A DNA stretch of 64,000 bases from Obrimoposthia wandeli. Its lineage: Eukaryota. Below the pieces are notes generated by a model. It had not been told where the DNA came from and did no database searches. It saw only the letters and a list, made by a program, of their open reading frames with translations. Each line of letters begins with the position of its first letter. The first letter of the stretch is position 1. The translations under genes were made by a program, and so were the position numbers. The stretch lies in the NCBI GenBank assembly GCA_977020255.1, contig CDROCS010001558.1, positions 372,001 to 436,000 of the forward strand. Reading direction: 5' to 3'. Below are positions 11,383-23,127 of this stretch, in pieces.

Positions 11383-11703
11383 GTGTGCCTTGTACATGCA
11401 AATTTATGTACTTTCAGTTTAAATAATAATGAAAAGGTTCTACCTTACTTTCAAACGCTTTTAAAGGCACTTAGTTCACATAGAGCTCGAATTCTCAATT
11501 CATTTCCACCTTTTGTTATCGATAAATTAGTTGAAATTCTGTTTAATATAGTTAAAGGAAAAGTCAATCTCGGTAAACATAAGGCAAAAGTTACAAAACA
11601 CAAGAAAGTATTACTTGATATTGTTGATACAAAAAGGAGGATTTATTGGTGCACTTTTGCGAATAGTTCCGACTTATTGGGTCCCCTACTTGCTAGAGCT
11701 TAG
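11383..11703 (+). CDS. Conserved-type small basic Polinton ORF upstream of integrase
   Basis: ILNSFPPFVIDKLVEILFNIVKGKVNL...K..KHKKVL resembles the recurrent Polinton ORF pattern I..I.EI..N.LKG.V.L....KL.KYK..L; C-terminus appears frameshifted. Confidence 0.5.
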   Translation: MCLVHANLCTFSLNNNEKVLPYFQTLLKALSSHRARILNSFPPFVIDKLVEILFNIVKGKVNLGKHKAKVTKHKKVLLDIVDTKRRIYWCTFANSSDLLGPLLARA

Positions 11704-11751
11704 TCGTAAAGTATATGGGAAAGAAATTACCTCATTTTGATTTAAAAATAA

Positions 11752-12490
11752 ATTGTTGTAACGGAAACGATATGGTACGATCCTTAAGACCCAGTTGGAT
11801 ACAGCGGCGTTGGAACTCTATCATCAAACACCAAGTCGAGCCAAAAGAAAACTCAAGCATGGCTGAGCAATCAACTGTCGTACAGTCTCAACAAATCGAT
11901 ACGAAAAAGGTTCCCGACACGACCGTACAAAGCTAGTGGCCTTAATAATCTATGGCAATTAGATTTGATGGAGATGATACCTTATGAAAGCGGTTACAAA
12001 TATATATTAACATATATTGATGTATTTACCAGATTTGGGCGTAAAATCAAAATTTTAAAATAAAAAAAAAACAACAGTAAAATCAAAATCCGGTAAATAT
12101 ATAAATGCTGCCATCAATAATGTGATTGATGTTGTACCCGATAATGTACAAACAGATTCTGGAAAAGAATTTTATAACAAACATGTTAAAGCAACTTTTG
12201 ATAAATTAGGAGTAAATCAATACTCTGTGTTTCCACACTTTAAAGCGGCCTTGGTTGAACAATTTAATAGGACATTAAGAGATAAATTAAAGAAATATTT
12301 TGTTGTAATTGGATCAAAGAAATGGGTAAAGGTACTACCTAAACTGTTAATTTCATATAATCACTCACCACATCGCGGTTTAGGTGGTAAGAAACCTATT
12401 GATATTTCATTTGATGATTGATTTTTTTGTAATAAAAAATCAATAATAAAGAATCCCAAATACAAAGTTGGAGATTTTGTTCGCATATGG
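11752..12490 (+). pseudogene. Polinton rve (retroviral-like) integrase, disrupted
   Basis: WYDP*DPVGYSGV...AWLSNQLSYSLNKSIRKRFPTR...NLWQLDLMEM...YKYILTYIDVFTRF; VQTDSGKEFYN; KAALVEQFNRTLR; YNHSPHR; PKYKVGDFVRI. Confidence 0.92.
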
Positions 12491-12492
12491 GT

Positions 12493-12610
12493 GGATTGAA
12501 AAATCTAGTGAATTTGAGTTGTGCGGTTCAATTCGATCGGATTTTCTTGAATTACCCAAATATCTGCTTCCCGGTATGAATGTCAGTATAAAATTGATTA
12601 TTTCCAATGC
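12493..12610 (+). pseudogene. Polinton major capsid protein fragment
   Basis: IEKSSEFELCGSIRSDFLELPKYLLPGMNVSIKLI matches the Polinton MCP motif (EL.G.LH.D.F.Q.K.LL.GV.L.IKL.R); abuts the integrase end, i.e. a deletion junction. Confidence 0.6.
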
Positions 12611-12779
12611 AAACATAAAACAATAAACTAAAAATACTTTTTTTAATTATTTACATTTTTAGAATCTGAAATTTATATAGATTTAAATTATGTAAAGAGT
12701 TTTATTAAAAATTAATATATCTTAAAACATTCATAGGGCTATTCGGTTTAGACAAGCACCCGTTTTAAAACAATATAAA

Positions 12780-13115
12780 ATTTTTAATTCAAACAAGAAG
12801 GCAAATATTGTTAATAAGTTTGAATATGAGATTTATAAATTAAAAAATAATTCCGTTTACGGTAAAACGGTTGAGAATTTTAAGAGGCGGCTTGATATCA
12901 GAATAAGGGTATTTCTCTAAAACAAACTAAATTAAGACACCAAGACTACCTAAATTGTTACGAAAATGAAGAAATTATTAGTGTTAACCAGTCAGGTATA
13001 GCATCGGTTAACCATCAGCTTCATACAACATTTACCTCTAAAGTTATTTTAAAATGTTTTGACGATAAAAGGAGATGGGTTAGTAAGAATAAAAACCTTG
13101 CTTATGGTCATTTTA
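12780..13115 (+). pseudogene. Protein-primed DNA polymerase B fragments (motif B and C-terminus)
   Basis: FEYEIYKLKNNSVYGKTVENFKRR (PolB KxxxNSxYGK) joined to the C-terminal KVILKCFDDKRRWVSKNKNLAYGHF. Confidence 0.82.
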
Positions 13116-13435
13116 ATTTGAGTTAATAATTTTTAAATAAGATATATAGTTTTGTTATTATTGTTGTTGTTGTTGTTATCAAACTTGTTATCCAACTTTA
13201 TACAGAACGATATTTTTCAGTATATTGTGCTCTGGAACTTTTCGAATTAAGGATAGTAGAACTTTTTCAATATCATCAAAGTAAGATTTTATTTTTAAAA
13301 ATATTTAATATACATTTAATAGTTATGGGAGATATTCAATACTTCTATCATCATGAGACGCCGATTTGTAATAATATGAATAAATAATTTATTGATTTTA
13401 CTTATTATTTTAAAATCTTTTTTCAAGGTTAAAGG

Positions 13436-13663
13436 TTTACTATAAACAAAAGTAAATATATATTCTTTGCCAAAGATGCTGCCCGGTCTTCGGATGAAGG
13501 GCTCCCTCTTAAGAGGCTCCACAAGGGAGACTTTGGTCACTTAAAATCATTTACTTAAACTACTTTTGTTTTAAACGGTAAGAAATAGCGTGATATTTGT
13601 AAAATAGGTATTGAAATCTTGCATACTACGTCAACAATGGTTTTGCAGTAAAGGGTACCCCCC
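13436..13663 (-). repeat. Right inverted repeat of the Polinton remnant
   Basis: Reverse complement of 7453-7683 with scattered substitutions and indels. Confidence 0.9.
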
Positions 13664-14024
13664 AATGTATATGTATGTTTGTGTACCCATTGTTATTAGT
13701 TATAACCATCCTCTTTCTGATACCGATTTGTATGATGGTAAAAGTGGGAGTAGGTGGACGTGTCCGGTCTAATCCACACCCCCCCTTCCCCCCACTGTCC
13801 TTTAAAACCGAACATGTGTGTGGAGTGAAATTTCGTGCATGTGTGTGGAAAGAAATTTTCTACCCCCCCCCAACACTCAAAAAAACTAATGAACCCCATA
13901 TAACACCCTTTAAAATTGAAAATCTCATAGTGCTCTCAAAAAAGTGAGGAAGGTCCTGAGAGACCGTCTAGTGAGCCAACGCGTGCCCTTCGGGACTTTA
14001 GGGACTTCATGATTCGATTGAGAA

Positions 14025-15842
14025 TTGGGAAGACTGTACTCCAGGCAAAACACAAAACCCACTCGTCCGGCAACTTCAGCAGTAGCAGCAAGGAGATCCA
14101 ATATCTTCCAGAATTTTGAGGCGGCAATCAAATGCCCCTGGAAATTGATCCCGCTGTCTCAGCCGGAGATAGTACTCGCACCAGACTCAGACGAGGAGCT
14201 ATTCACCGATGACGTTCCGTCGGATGGTGAGGAAGACTTGACTCCATTCATCGATGAATGGATACAGCCAAGTATCGGAGCCCCAGGAGCCAATGATTCG
14301 ATGGACGAGGACGAGTGGCGCCTGTTCACTGATGAGTGGGATGGTCTCACTCCCTCTGCAACATCAACTCCGATAGCCGACAATACGGTGCCTGATCCGT
14401 TCAGAAGGCTGCAATCTCCGATACGTCCTGTTAGAAGAATAAAGGCGACGAATGAGGTTAGTCTATTAATTTATTTAAAATGTTATTTAATTTCATTTTT
14501 AGAAACTTCAACTGGATTTAGCACCGTCAGTGACCACGGCAGAGAGGCTGATTGAACCGCAGTACTTGGCGAGTCAATGTAGCCAGGATGATCCCAGGAG
14601 TGAGCAGCGATACCTACCGACCCCGGATAAATATGAGGTAAATTATTATAAATTAGTTAATAATTTTAATTATTCACATAGGAAGTCGAATTGGTAGAGG
14701 AAATTTGGGAGGAGGCAACTCTCAGACTGACCCTCGATAGGAAATAAGCGGTGGTTAAGAAACCTCGACGCCATCGGGTCAAAACCCACACGGTCCATCG
14801 GAAGAAGGCCAAGTTGGCGAAACAGGCTAACCTGCCCATCATTGAGGTAAATTATTTATATGTTGAAATTTTATTGATGTTTTTGTTGCAGGAACCAATA
14901 TAATTAACAGAGGAGACATGGGTCAAAATTTATCCTTTCCCGCAGAAGCGAACGAGGCGGGCTGCTGTACGGAAAACGAGGCGTCTTAGAAAGGCGAAAT
15001 CTTGTCTGCTCAAATCGACCGAAGTAACGATAGAGCGGCAGGAAAAACTTCCGTATCAGATTATTGAGGTAAATTTTTAGATATTTAAATATTTTTTAAA
15101 TAAATGAACTTTATTAAACATTTTATTAATGTTTTCTTTTGCAGGAACCCGTCCGGATAATTGAGGAGACTTGGGGAGAAATTACTCATTTTCCCAAGAA
15201 ACGAGCGAAGCGAGCAGAGGTGAAGAAGACGAGAAAATGTAGCACCTCAATTGGCCTTTATTCTGAGGCGGTGATTGGACGGCAGGATATTCTCCCATCT
15301 CCAGTGGACGACGGTCCAATTCTATACGAGAGGATTCCAGTCTCACCGATCGAGATTAGTCCGCCATCCAGTCAACGACGCCTGCAGGAGACATCACCGG
15401 CTTCTCCTCGTCCAACAACCAGCCAGAACTTAAAGAGGGCCTAGAATGAAGCTGGATTAAACGAATTCCTGGCGGAACTGGATACACCGACAATGCTTCC
15501 AGATTCGCGAGGGCAACAGGATGCCGTCTCACGCCAGCTTCAGCGTGAGAAGAAGGAGAAACAGAAGAAAGCTCCGCGGCAGAGAAAGGCTACTGCTTCT
15601 ATGCCGGGCCATCAACATCGGCTGCACCTCCACCCAAAATGTTGCGGCAACTATTGCCAAAACCTGAGGGAAGGATAATTGCTGCAAAACAACCGGTGAA
15701 GCCGAAAAAGAAACTGGACCGGCCAAAGAAGAAGGAACCAGTACCGCTTTCTCTAATAATACTTAGTCGGAGGGATTTCGATGAGGATGATCCCAATGAA
15801 GACTTTGTAAAAATTTTTAAGAATATAATTTATAAAAATTAA
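14025..15842 (+). pseudogene. Five-exon acidic/basic low-complexity gene with duplicated exons (probable Polinton accessory gene)
   Basis: Exons ~14025-14456, 14503-14637, 14682-14846, 14892-15068, 15145-~15840. All four introns are GT-AG and phase 0, and each follows a GAG codon. Exons 3-5 repeat ExxxxxEE(T/I)W...K/R-rich. In-frame stops in exons 3, 4 and 5. Confidence 0.7.
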
Positions 15843-16161
15843 TTTCATATGTTTTCTTTTTAATATTTATTTAAATATCATCTTTAAGTTTATTAAAATA
15901 TCAAGATGAAAAAATTAGTTAATTTATTCGACTGTGATTGGATTAATAAGGAATCATTTAAATTTTTTTAGGTTTAAATATAAATGCAATGATTAGTTAT
16001 AGATTTATTAAACTTTCATTTGATAAATAAAAATATATCATTTAATTGCCTGTGATTGGATTAAAAATGTCTTAAATTTATATATATAGGTTCAAATTTA
16101 TTAACCTATTCATAATTAAAAAATGGAATTCATTAAATTGCAAAGTTTGGTAACGAAGATA

Positions 16162-16440
16162 GAATCAAACATCAGAATAAATGAGAAGAAAGGGGACTTA
16201 AGAAAGAGGGTCCTCAATCAAAATTAGTATGCTGCTGTCGCGACCGAGTGGAATCGCCGGGTGGAGATACAAGATAGGAGGCTAGCAGAACGACGTCGGA
16301 TCGTGGAGTGGAATAAGAAGATCGAATAGGAAAAATGAAGGTGGATGAAAAAAGAAGAGAAGAGATGGAGAATGTTCGGCGAGCAGCAAGAAAGAGAATC
16401 CTCCAGATTAAACCGGAAAAAGGTCCTTCTACAAAAAAAT
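16162..16440 (+). pseudogene. Decayed R/K/E-rich ORF
   Basis: Purine- and GC-rich island translating as ...ATEWNRRVEIQDRRLAERRRIVEWNKKIE*...NVRRAARKRILQIKPEKGPSTKK* with several stops. Confidence 0.3.
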
Positions 16441-16895
16441 AATTTTTTTGATTATTATTTTTCTTTGTCTTTTATTGATTATATATATTGTTACATAATT
16501 GTCTAAATATTTTATATAATTGTCTAATTATTTTACATAAGCATACTAAATATAAACAATTTTATATATAATGTTTTTGTAAAATGGAAAATAAAAATTG
16601 GAATAAATTATACATAAAATTATCTCCAGATTTAATGGAAGATTATAAAAAAAATTACTTTTCAGAAATTGATACTCCGGAAATTGTTGGAGATAAATTA
16701 TGTAATTTAATTTCGAAATATTTAGGTATGTTTACATTTAATATAATTTATTTTAATATTCATAGAGAATTGACAATATATACCAATATTAATATGAAAG
16801 ACTGAATCCTGAGTACTTTGTTATTTTAATAAATTTTGATTAATGATTTTTTTATTCGTTATAAACAAAGGGATTTGTTACAAATTTGGGTAATT

Positions 16896-17384
16896 ATGAA
16901 GGAATATATCATAGATTTTGAGGCTTTCGTTAACAAAAATTGTGATTATATTATAAAAGAATTATGTATTATGGATGTAGGCGACGTTTTTCATCCTTTG
17001 CATTTCATATTTCACATAGATATCCCGTTTAAAAGTTTATATTACAAGAAAAAAGTTACTAATTTATATCTAACTAATTACTTTCATTTATTAAAATGAA
17101 AAGAAGGACATAAGGCTTTTTGTGAAATATGTATTTTCGATACAATAAAATCTAATTTTGATATAGAAAATGGAATTTTTTATGTTTTAGATGAAATGGA
17201 TGGCAAAAAGTATAAGACTTTAAAAAAATATTTTCCTAAATTGAGATTGAATACTTTAAATATTTCACGTGATCATCTATTAAAAATTCCACGAAATATT
17301 TGCTGTCCATATCGTAGTCATGGTGACCATTGCGCATATAAAAAATGTTTAAGTCTATCTTATTATTATTTGACATGTAGATAA
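16896..17384 (+). pseudogene. DEDD-exonuclease-like Polinton accessory ORF, copy A
   Basis: MKEYIIDFEAF...YIIKELC (ExoI-like DxE start) and C-terminal CPYRSHGDHCA. Premature TGA at 17097-17099 where copy B has TGG. Confidence 0.6.
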
Positions 17385-17538
17385 ACAATTCTTCTAATTG
17401 GAGAAATTCATTATTTAAAAATTCGATTTTTCATCCAATTGCAAATAAGCCTTTTGATTGGAGGAATAAAAATATTTTTTTTAACCAATAACATATAAAC
17501 AATCCTTCTCAGTGGAGGGATAAATTCAATTTTTTAAT

Positions 17539-17580
17539 CCAATTGGAAAAGAGCATGTGTGCATAAATTTTAGTATATAA
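17539..17580 (+). promoter_or_regulatory. CCAAT plus TATA box upstream of the spliced Cys/acidic-repeat gene (second copy TATA 19085-19091)
   Basis: CCAAT 17539-17543 and TATATAA 17574-17580, 41 nt before ATG 17622; conserved in the duplicate. Confidence 0.6.
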
Positions 17581-17621
17581 GCAAACACTTTCTTCATTTA
17601 AATCCTCGACAATTTGAAATA

Positions 17622-18449
17622 ATGACTATGGTAAGAATCTATACTTATTATTTCTTTATTAATATTTATTATTTCAGATTACTTGTATCCTGTTTCCAGC
17701 ATATTGTGGTGCTTCGGCTCTGCATGGAGGAGAGACCTGCATGGAGATAATGTCCGCCTACTATCGGACAAAGTCTAGCGGGCTTCAATTCTGCGTCTGC
17801 CCCTTCTGCAGAACAATGGAAGAGAATGAGTTTCGAGACTTCTTCGGTGAACATCGAGTTCACCTATCCTGTTTCACGGCCAACAACAAGAAGAGGGATA
17901 TCGTGCAATTGGTGCGCGATTCGCAGGCCGCTCCAGCTACTGCTCCAATTCCAGTTGCAGTCGATCAACCCTTTTACGGTCCTGCCATTGGTCCTTCTCT
18001 CCCGGCTCCTGATTCTGCTGCTGCCCCATCCACTCAAATGTCTAACAATGAGTGGATGATCGACATCTCCGAAGAAGATTTTGAGGAGTTGGCACCAGCA
18101 ACCCAATTCTCGAACAATGACTGGATGGAAAATATCACCCAGTCAGATTTCGAGATGGAGCTGCCTCAGTGGAGCGATAACTCCTGGTTGGAGACCATCG
18201 AGGAATCCGATTTCGTCGAGATAACGGACAACAGCTGGATGGATTCCGTCAATGAAGAGGACTTCCAACCAGCTACAGTTGGATTGCCTTCATTAGGTAT
18301 TTTTTTATTATTATTTTTATTATTATCTTTTAAAATTGTAATTATATTTATATTAAAGTAATTATATATATTTTATTTTTATTTTTTATTCAGGAAATAC
18401 CGTGATACAATCGTCATCCGCTACGACAGCTATCCGAAGTAAGAAGTAA
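17622..18449 (+). CDS. Spliced Cys/His + Trp-acidic repeat protein, copy A (truncated by the duplication breakpoint)
   Basis: Exons 17622-17630, 17678-18296, 18394-18449; 47-nt and 97-nt GT-AG introns keep frame; four [ND]NxW[ML]xx[IV]x[EQ]xDF repeats. Confidence 0.7.
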
Positions 18450-18932
18450 GAATATATCATAGATTTTTAGGCTTTCATTAACAAAAATGAGGATTATATT
18501 ATAAAAGAATTATGTATTATGGATGTATGCGACGTTTCTCATCCTTTGCATTTCATATTTCAAATAGATATCCCGTTTAAAAGTTTAGATTATAAGAAAC
18601 AATTTACTAATTTATATTTAACTAATTATTTTCATTTATTAAAATGGAAAGAAGGACATAAGGCTTTTTGTGAAATATGTATTTTCGATACTATTAAATC
18701 TAATTTTGAGATTGAAAATGGAATTTTTTATGTTTTAGATAAAATTGTTGGCAAAAAGTATAAGACTTTAAAAAAATATTTTCCCAAATTGAGGTTGAAT
18801 ACTTTAAATATTTCACGTGATCATCTATTAAAAATTCCACGAAATATTTGCTGTCCATATCGTAATCATGGTGACCATTGCGCATATAAAAAATGTTTAA
18901 GTCTTTTTTATTATTACTTGACATGTAGATAA
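18450..18932 (+). pseudogene. DEDD-exonuclease-like Polinton accessory ORF, copy B
   Basis: Duplicate of 16896-17384; start lost and the DxE Glu codon changed to TAG (EYIIDF*AF); remainder open. Confidence 0.6.
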
Positions 18933-19132
18933 ACAATTCTTCTAATTCATAATTTTCATTCAATTACAAATAATTCTTTTGATTGAAGGAATAAAAAATA
19001 TTTTTTTCGATCATTTAACATATAAACAAGCCTTCTCAATTGTTTTAATCCAATAGGAAAAGAGCATGTGTGCATAAATTTTAGTATATAAGCAAACACT
19101 TTCTTCATTAAAATCCCCGACTATTTGAAATA

Positions 19133-20812
19133 ATGACTATGGTAAGAATTTATACTTATTATTTCTTTATTAATATTTATTATTTCAGATTACTTGTATC
19201 CTGTTTCCAGCGTATTGTGGTACTTCGGCTCCGCATGGAGGAGAGACCTGCATGGAGATAATGTCCGCCTACTATCGGACAAAGTCTCGCGGGCTTCACT
19301 TCTTCGTCTGCCCCTTCTGCAGAACAATGGAGGAGAAGGAGTTTCGAGACTTCTTCGGTGAACATCGAGTTCACCTATCCTGTTTCACGTCCAACAACAA
19401 GGAGAGGGATATCGTGCAAGTGGTGCGCGATTCACAGGCCGCACCTGCTCCAATTCCAGTTGCAGTCGATCAACCCGTTTACGGTCCTGCGATTGGTCTC
19501 CCGTCTCCTGATTCTTCCCCATCCACTCAAATGAATAACAATGAGTGGATGAACGCCATATCCCAGTCAGATTTCGAGATGGAGCAATGGAGCGATAACT
19601 CCTGGTTGGAGACCATCGAGGAATCCGATTTCGTCGAGATTACTGACGACATCTGGATGGATTCCGTCAATGAAGAGGACTTCATTCCAGCTCCAGTTGG
19701 ATTGCCTTCATTAGGTATTACAGTAATTATTCACCTGTAAGGGTATTCATTAAAGCATGTTTTTGAGAGAGACCGACACCGAATCACTTATAGATGCATT
19801 ATTTAAAAGTCTCACATGTAAGAGTACAGTCGAATATTCAAACAAGAACTTAAAATCCAAAAAAAAGAAGATCAACAATAACAAAAAGAAAAGATCACCA
19901 ACAAAACAACAAATATGCAAAACAAGAATCAGATTCTCCAACTCAAAGAAATTTTCGCTTGTACTCTCTTTTGAAGCCACGGGGCGTGATCATCCAATTT
20001 GTTTCGAAGAAAAATAGAGGTAATAATTTTTAAAAATATATTTAATTTTTAATATATTTATTTCAGCAGCATCGTCCTCTACAACAGCCGCTTCTTCGTT
20101 GGCAATGTCGGCTACTACTCCAAATGCAGCATCTACAACTACGGCAGCACTTACTACAGCAGCATCTACTACATCAGCTGCGATTGCCTCAACATCGGCA
20201 GCATCGCCAATAGCAGCACCTTCAACCTCAGCTGCGTTTGTGTCAACTGTTAATATAAATAGTTGTATTCCCGTTCAATTAGGGGGAGGTTTGTCAGCGA
20301 CTGTAGAAAGAAAGAGGCGAGACCAATTTCTTAATAAGGTCCCACCAAAAAAACGTAGAGAAAACGGTGCTACTATAGAGTATCACCTAAATAATAAATA
20401 TTTTATAGTTAAGGTGCCATTAGGAAATGAAAATTTATTAAACGTAGGTGTAGATTCAAATATTGAAAATCTTTTAAAATCAGAAGTGACTAAATTAGGA
20501 CAGGCTAAGGTTCAATTTTGCGCAACAGTGCATTTTAAAAATGTCAATGAGGAGACTAAAACTTGGGTAATTTCACATAAAGCAACTGTTTTCTATGCTA
20601 ATTTTGTAACTGAAATTGGAAGAAACCTAGATGAAAAATTTGCTAATTATAGCGAGTTAAGTAGTGGATGGAATCTAGTTAGAATTCACGATGTTAGCTT
20701 TGTTCTAACAAAGTTCACTGACATGATATATCTTACATTCCTTCACCTAGATCTCTTCAACTTTCACGTTCCATTGTTAACGTACAAAATACTGATATCC
20801 CAGTTAATGTAA
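19133..20812 (+). pseudogene. Spliced gene joining Cys/His domain, Trp-acidic repeats and Ala/Thr linker to a Polinton pPolB N-terminal region (truncated)
   Basis: Exons 19133-19141, 19189-19714, 20067-; phase-1 intron 19715-20066 joins in frame. The 3' exon has KVQFCATVHF...SELSSGWNL.RI and, after a frameshift, SYIPSPRSLQLSRSIVNVQNTD, matching the pPolB N-terminal GSGW...SYI.LP......AIIN..N.D motif. Confidence 0.7.
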
Positions 20813-20886
20813 CAGATGAAGAAATATTTAAAAATCCTTTTGTAGATATAATTTATAGGAGCAAAAATGAGGGGACTCAGGTCAAC

Positions 20887-23127
20887 TTAATTTTGCTCGA
20901 ACATAATAAAAAATTCCATTGGTTGTCGACGAGGTTTGATATTTATTGGAGTACATTCAGTCAATATTCTATGTTTTAGTACCTCAGTTTTTGCTATGTC
21001 CCATTTATCTTTCATAAATATATTTCTAAATTCTTTACAAATTGGTACGACTTCCTTCATATTTTCGGTACACGTTTTCAAAAAAAGATTCCAACGATCA
21101 TCTTGACTTACTGACAAACCAAATTTATTTTCTAAATTATTTACTTCATTTATTAATCTTTCATTGATGTTTTTCACGGAACTCAAACGATCAAAATCGG
21201 CTAATTTAAAATTAAACTTTTCCAAAATATTGATTCCTAAAATTATGCTCGGTTTAATTTCTTTTGCAACATAGTAAAATCTACCTATGTTTTTATTTTT
21301 ATGTTTTAAAACTATATTTAATGTACCTAATATTTCCAATCTACTTCCATTAGCACATGAAACGTTATTTTCATTCATAATCTTATTCATACTACAATTA
21401 GTTATATCTAAAACATTTTTACTTATTACACTTATTTTAGCACCAGTATCTAATAAACAACTTATTTTTACATTATTCAACTCAATGTTAATGAACGGTT
21501 GGCCATCGCTATTATCATCACCAACAGTTAAAAACTTGAATCATATTTTTTGTTAATTAAAAAACATCATTAACTAAATCATTTTCAATAAAATCTACAT
21601 AATCATTATTTATTTTAATTTTTTACCATTCTCAGTATCACATAAAACATTACTATTCAAACTATTTAAATCAAACTCACAATCCATACATTCTTTATCA
21701 CAGTCATACTTAATTGTCTTCAAATTATTTACAAAACTACTTACATTAGATTCAGGGCTCCGATCATTTCCCCGTTTGATGGAGCCAACTCGTTTTCCGC
21801 CTGGCTGTGATTCTGTTTTTCCACAGTAATGTAGTCATCGATGACAGCAACTGGCTTCTTAATCTGGTCAGATCCTTGGTATCTCTGCTGATTTCTTAGC
21901 TGATGGACTGAAACATAATCTCGCTAGTATCTTCGCTCTTGTCCAAAACTGCCATTTGATACTTGCTGATCTCGCTGATATATTTGCTCTCGTCTTAATC
22001 TTCCATTTGGTACTTGCTAATCTCGCTGATAGCTATAGTTTTGCATGTATCCTTTATTACCTTGATCAAGTTTCCGGTAGCATTAGTTGATCGTATGTCC
22101 ATTTCGTCCGCAGAATGAACTATGATTGTGAGGACATTCTCGTCTAATATGTCCAACCTCATTGCAGCAATAACATTGTCGTCGCTCATAGTTTTCATTT
22201 ATCTTTGTCTTTTCAAGCCTTATCTGAGCTTATCCTTGAGTTAGCTTCATGTTCATTGGATTTCGATAAGCAGGTCTTCCATTTTCCACAATTCCAGCAT
22301 AAGTTCGATTATTTAAAGAAAATATCGGCTTTTCAATTATTGACTTCTTATTTATTTTTCTTCCAATTTCTTAATCATATCCTTGATAAATTTTGTTGGA
22401 GTATGTCCTTTTTGTTCTGTCCATTTCTTCGTTGCTTGGTTTTGGTTTCATCTTCAAAATGTCACCAGTGAGTTCGAGTCGGTTCATTTCTTCTGACTCA
22501 TCATCGAGACAGAATTTTAGTAAGAATTCTGTTAATTTGGAGGACGTAATCTTATGTCGCATTACATTCTCCACATTCTTCTCGATACGCTGAATAAAGG
22601 TGTCGACTGAATCATTACCTTTCTTGTATTTCAAGGCATTGAATAGGTCTGCTGCTAAATCTTGTCAAATGCTTCTTTAAGATTATCTTCAGAATTCTTC
22701 TTGTCATATGTTTAGTCATATTTTTCATGACATTTCTCGGTCATAAATACTCTAATCAGAATATTTCTTTGGCTGACATCGAGTGATATCATTTCAAAAT
22801 CTGACCTGATCTTCGGCAGGAACTCTTCGACTTCTTCTGATTCTGTATATTCTTTTGGTTGTGGAATAAGCTTCACGAGTTCTTCTATACTCGGCTTCTT
22901 TGATTCTTGTTGCGTGGTCGCCATGTTAAGTCTGTATAATACTTCAAACTATATTAAACACCAAATCTACCGTTCTCGTTCTGTGTGCTCTTTTAAGTAA
23001 AGCGCACTGTGGGGAAATGCAAGTAGTTGTGCAATAAGATGAAGAAAATTAGTTATGCAATCATACAGGTCAAACAATCAATTAATTAGTTTATTGTGAG
23101 ATTATAATTATAATTATTTACCTAACA
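20887..23127 (-). mobile_element. Ty3/gypsy LTR retrotransposon 5' remnant (short LTR candidate, gag, protease, start of RT)
   Basis: gag-like fragments 22924-21995; aspartic protease LLDTGAKISVI (ORF 21480-20887) followed by KHRILTECTPINIKPRRQP. TG...CA 120-bp LTR candidate 23008-23127 with a polyA signal on the minus strand. Truncated before the RT core. Confidence 0.75.

Larger units (their letters stand above)
7453..13663 (+). mobile_element. Internally deleted Polinton/Maverick (adintovirus-like) element bounded by long inverted repeats
   Basis: ~230-bp inverted repeats (7453-7683 / 13436-13663) enclose a Polinton-type ATPase, rve integrase, and major-capsid and pPolB fragments, all decayed. 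True AG termini and a 6-bp TSD were not identified. Confidence 0.85.
16900..19718 (+). repeat. ~1.55-kb tandem duplication (DEDD-like ORF + promoter + Cys/acidic-repeat gene)
   Basis: 16900-18300 aligns with 18450-19718 throughout, including introns and promoter. Confidence 0.92.

Noticed and set aside
14329-14336. CTGATGAG as another hammerhead core (also 46282-46289)
   Set aside because: No stem II followed by GAAA and no stem I/III; both are coding sequence (TDE and SDE codons).
13900-20812. Rb-binding LxCxE (E1A-like) motif in Polinton accessory ORFs
   Set aside because: No exact LxCxE seen in the reconstructed translations (closest is ETCME).
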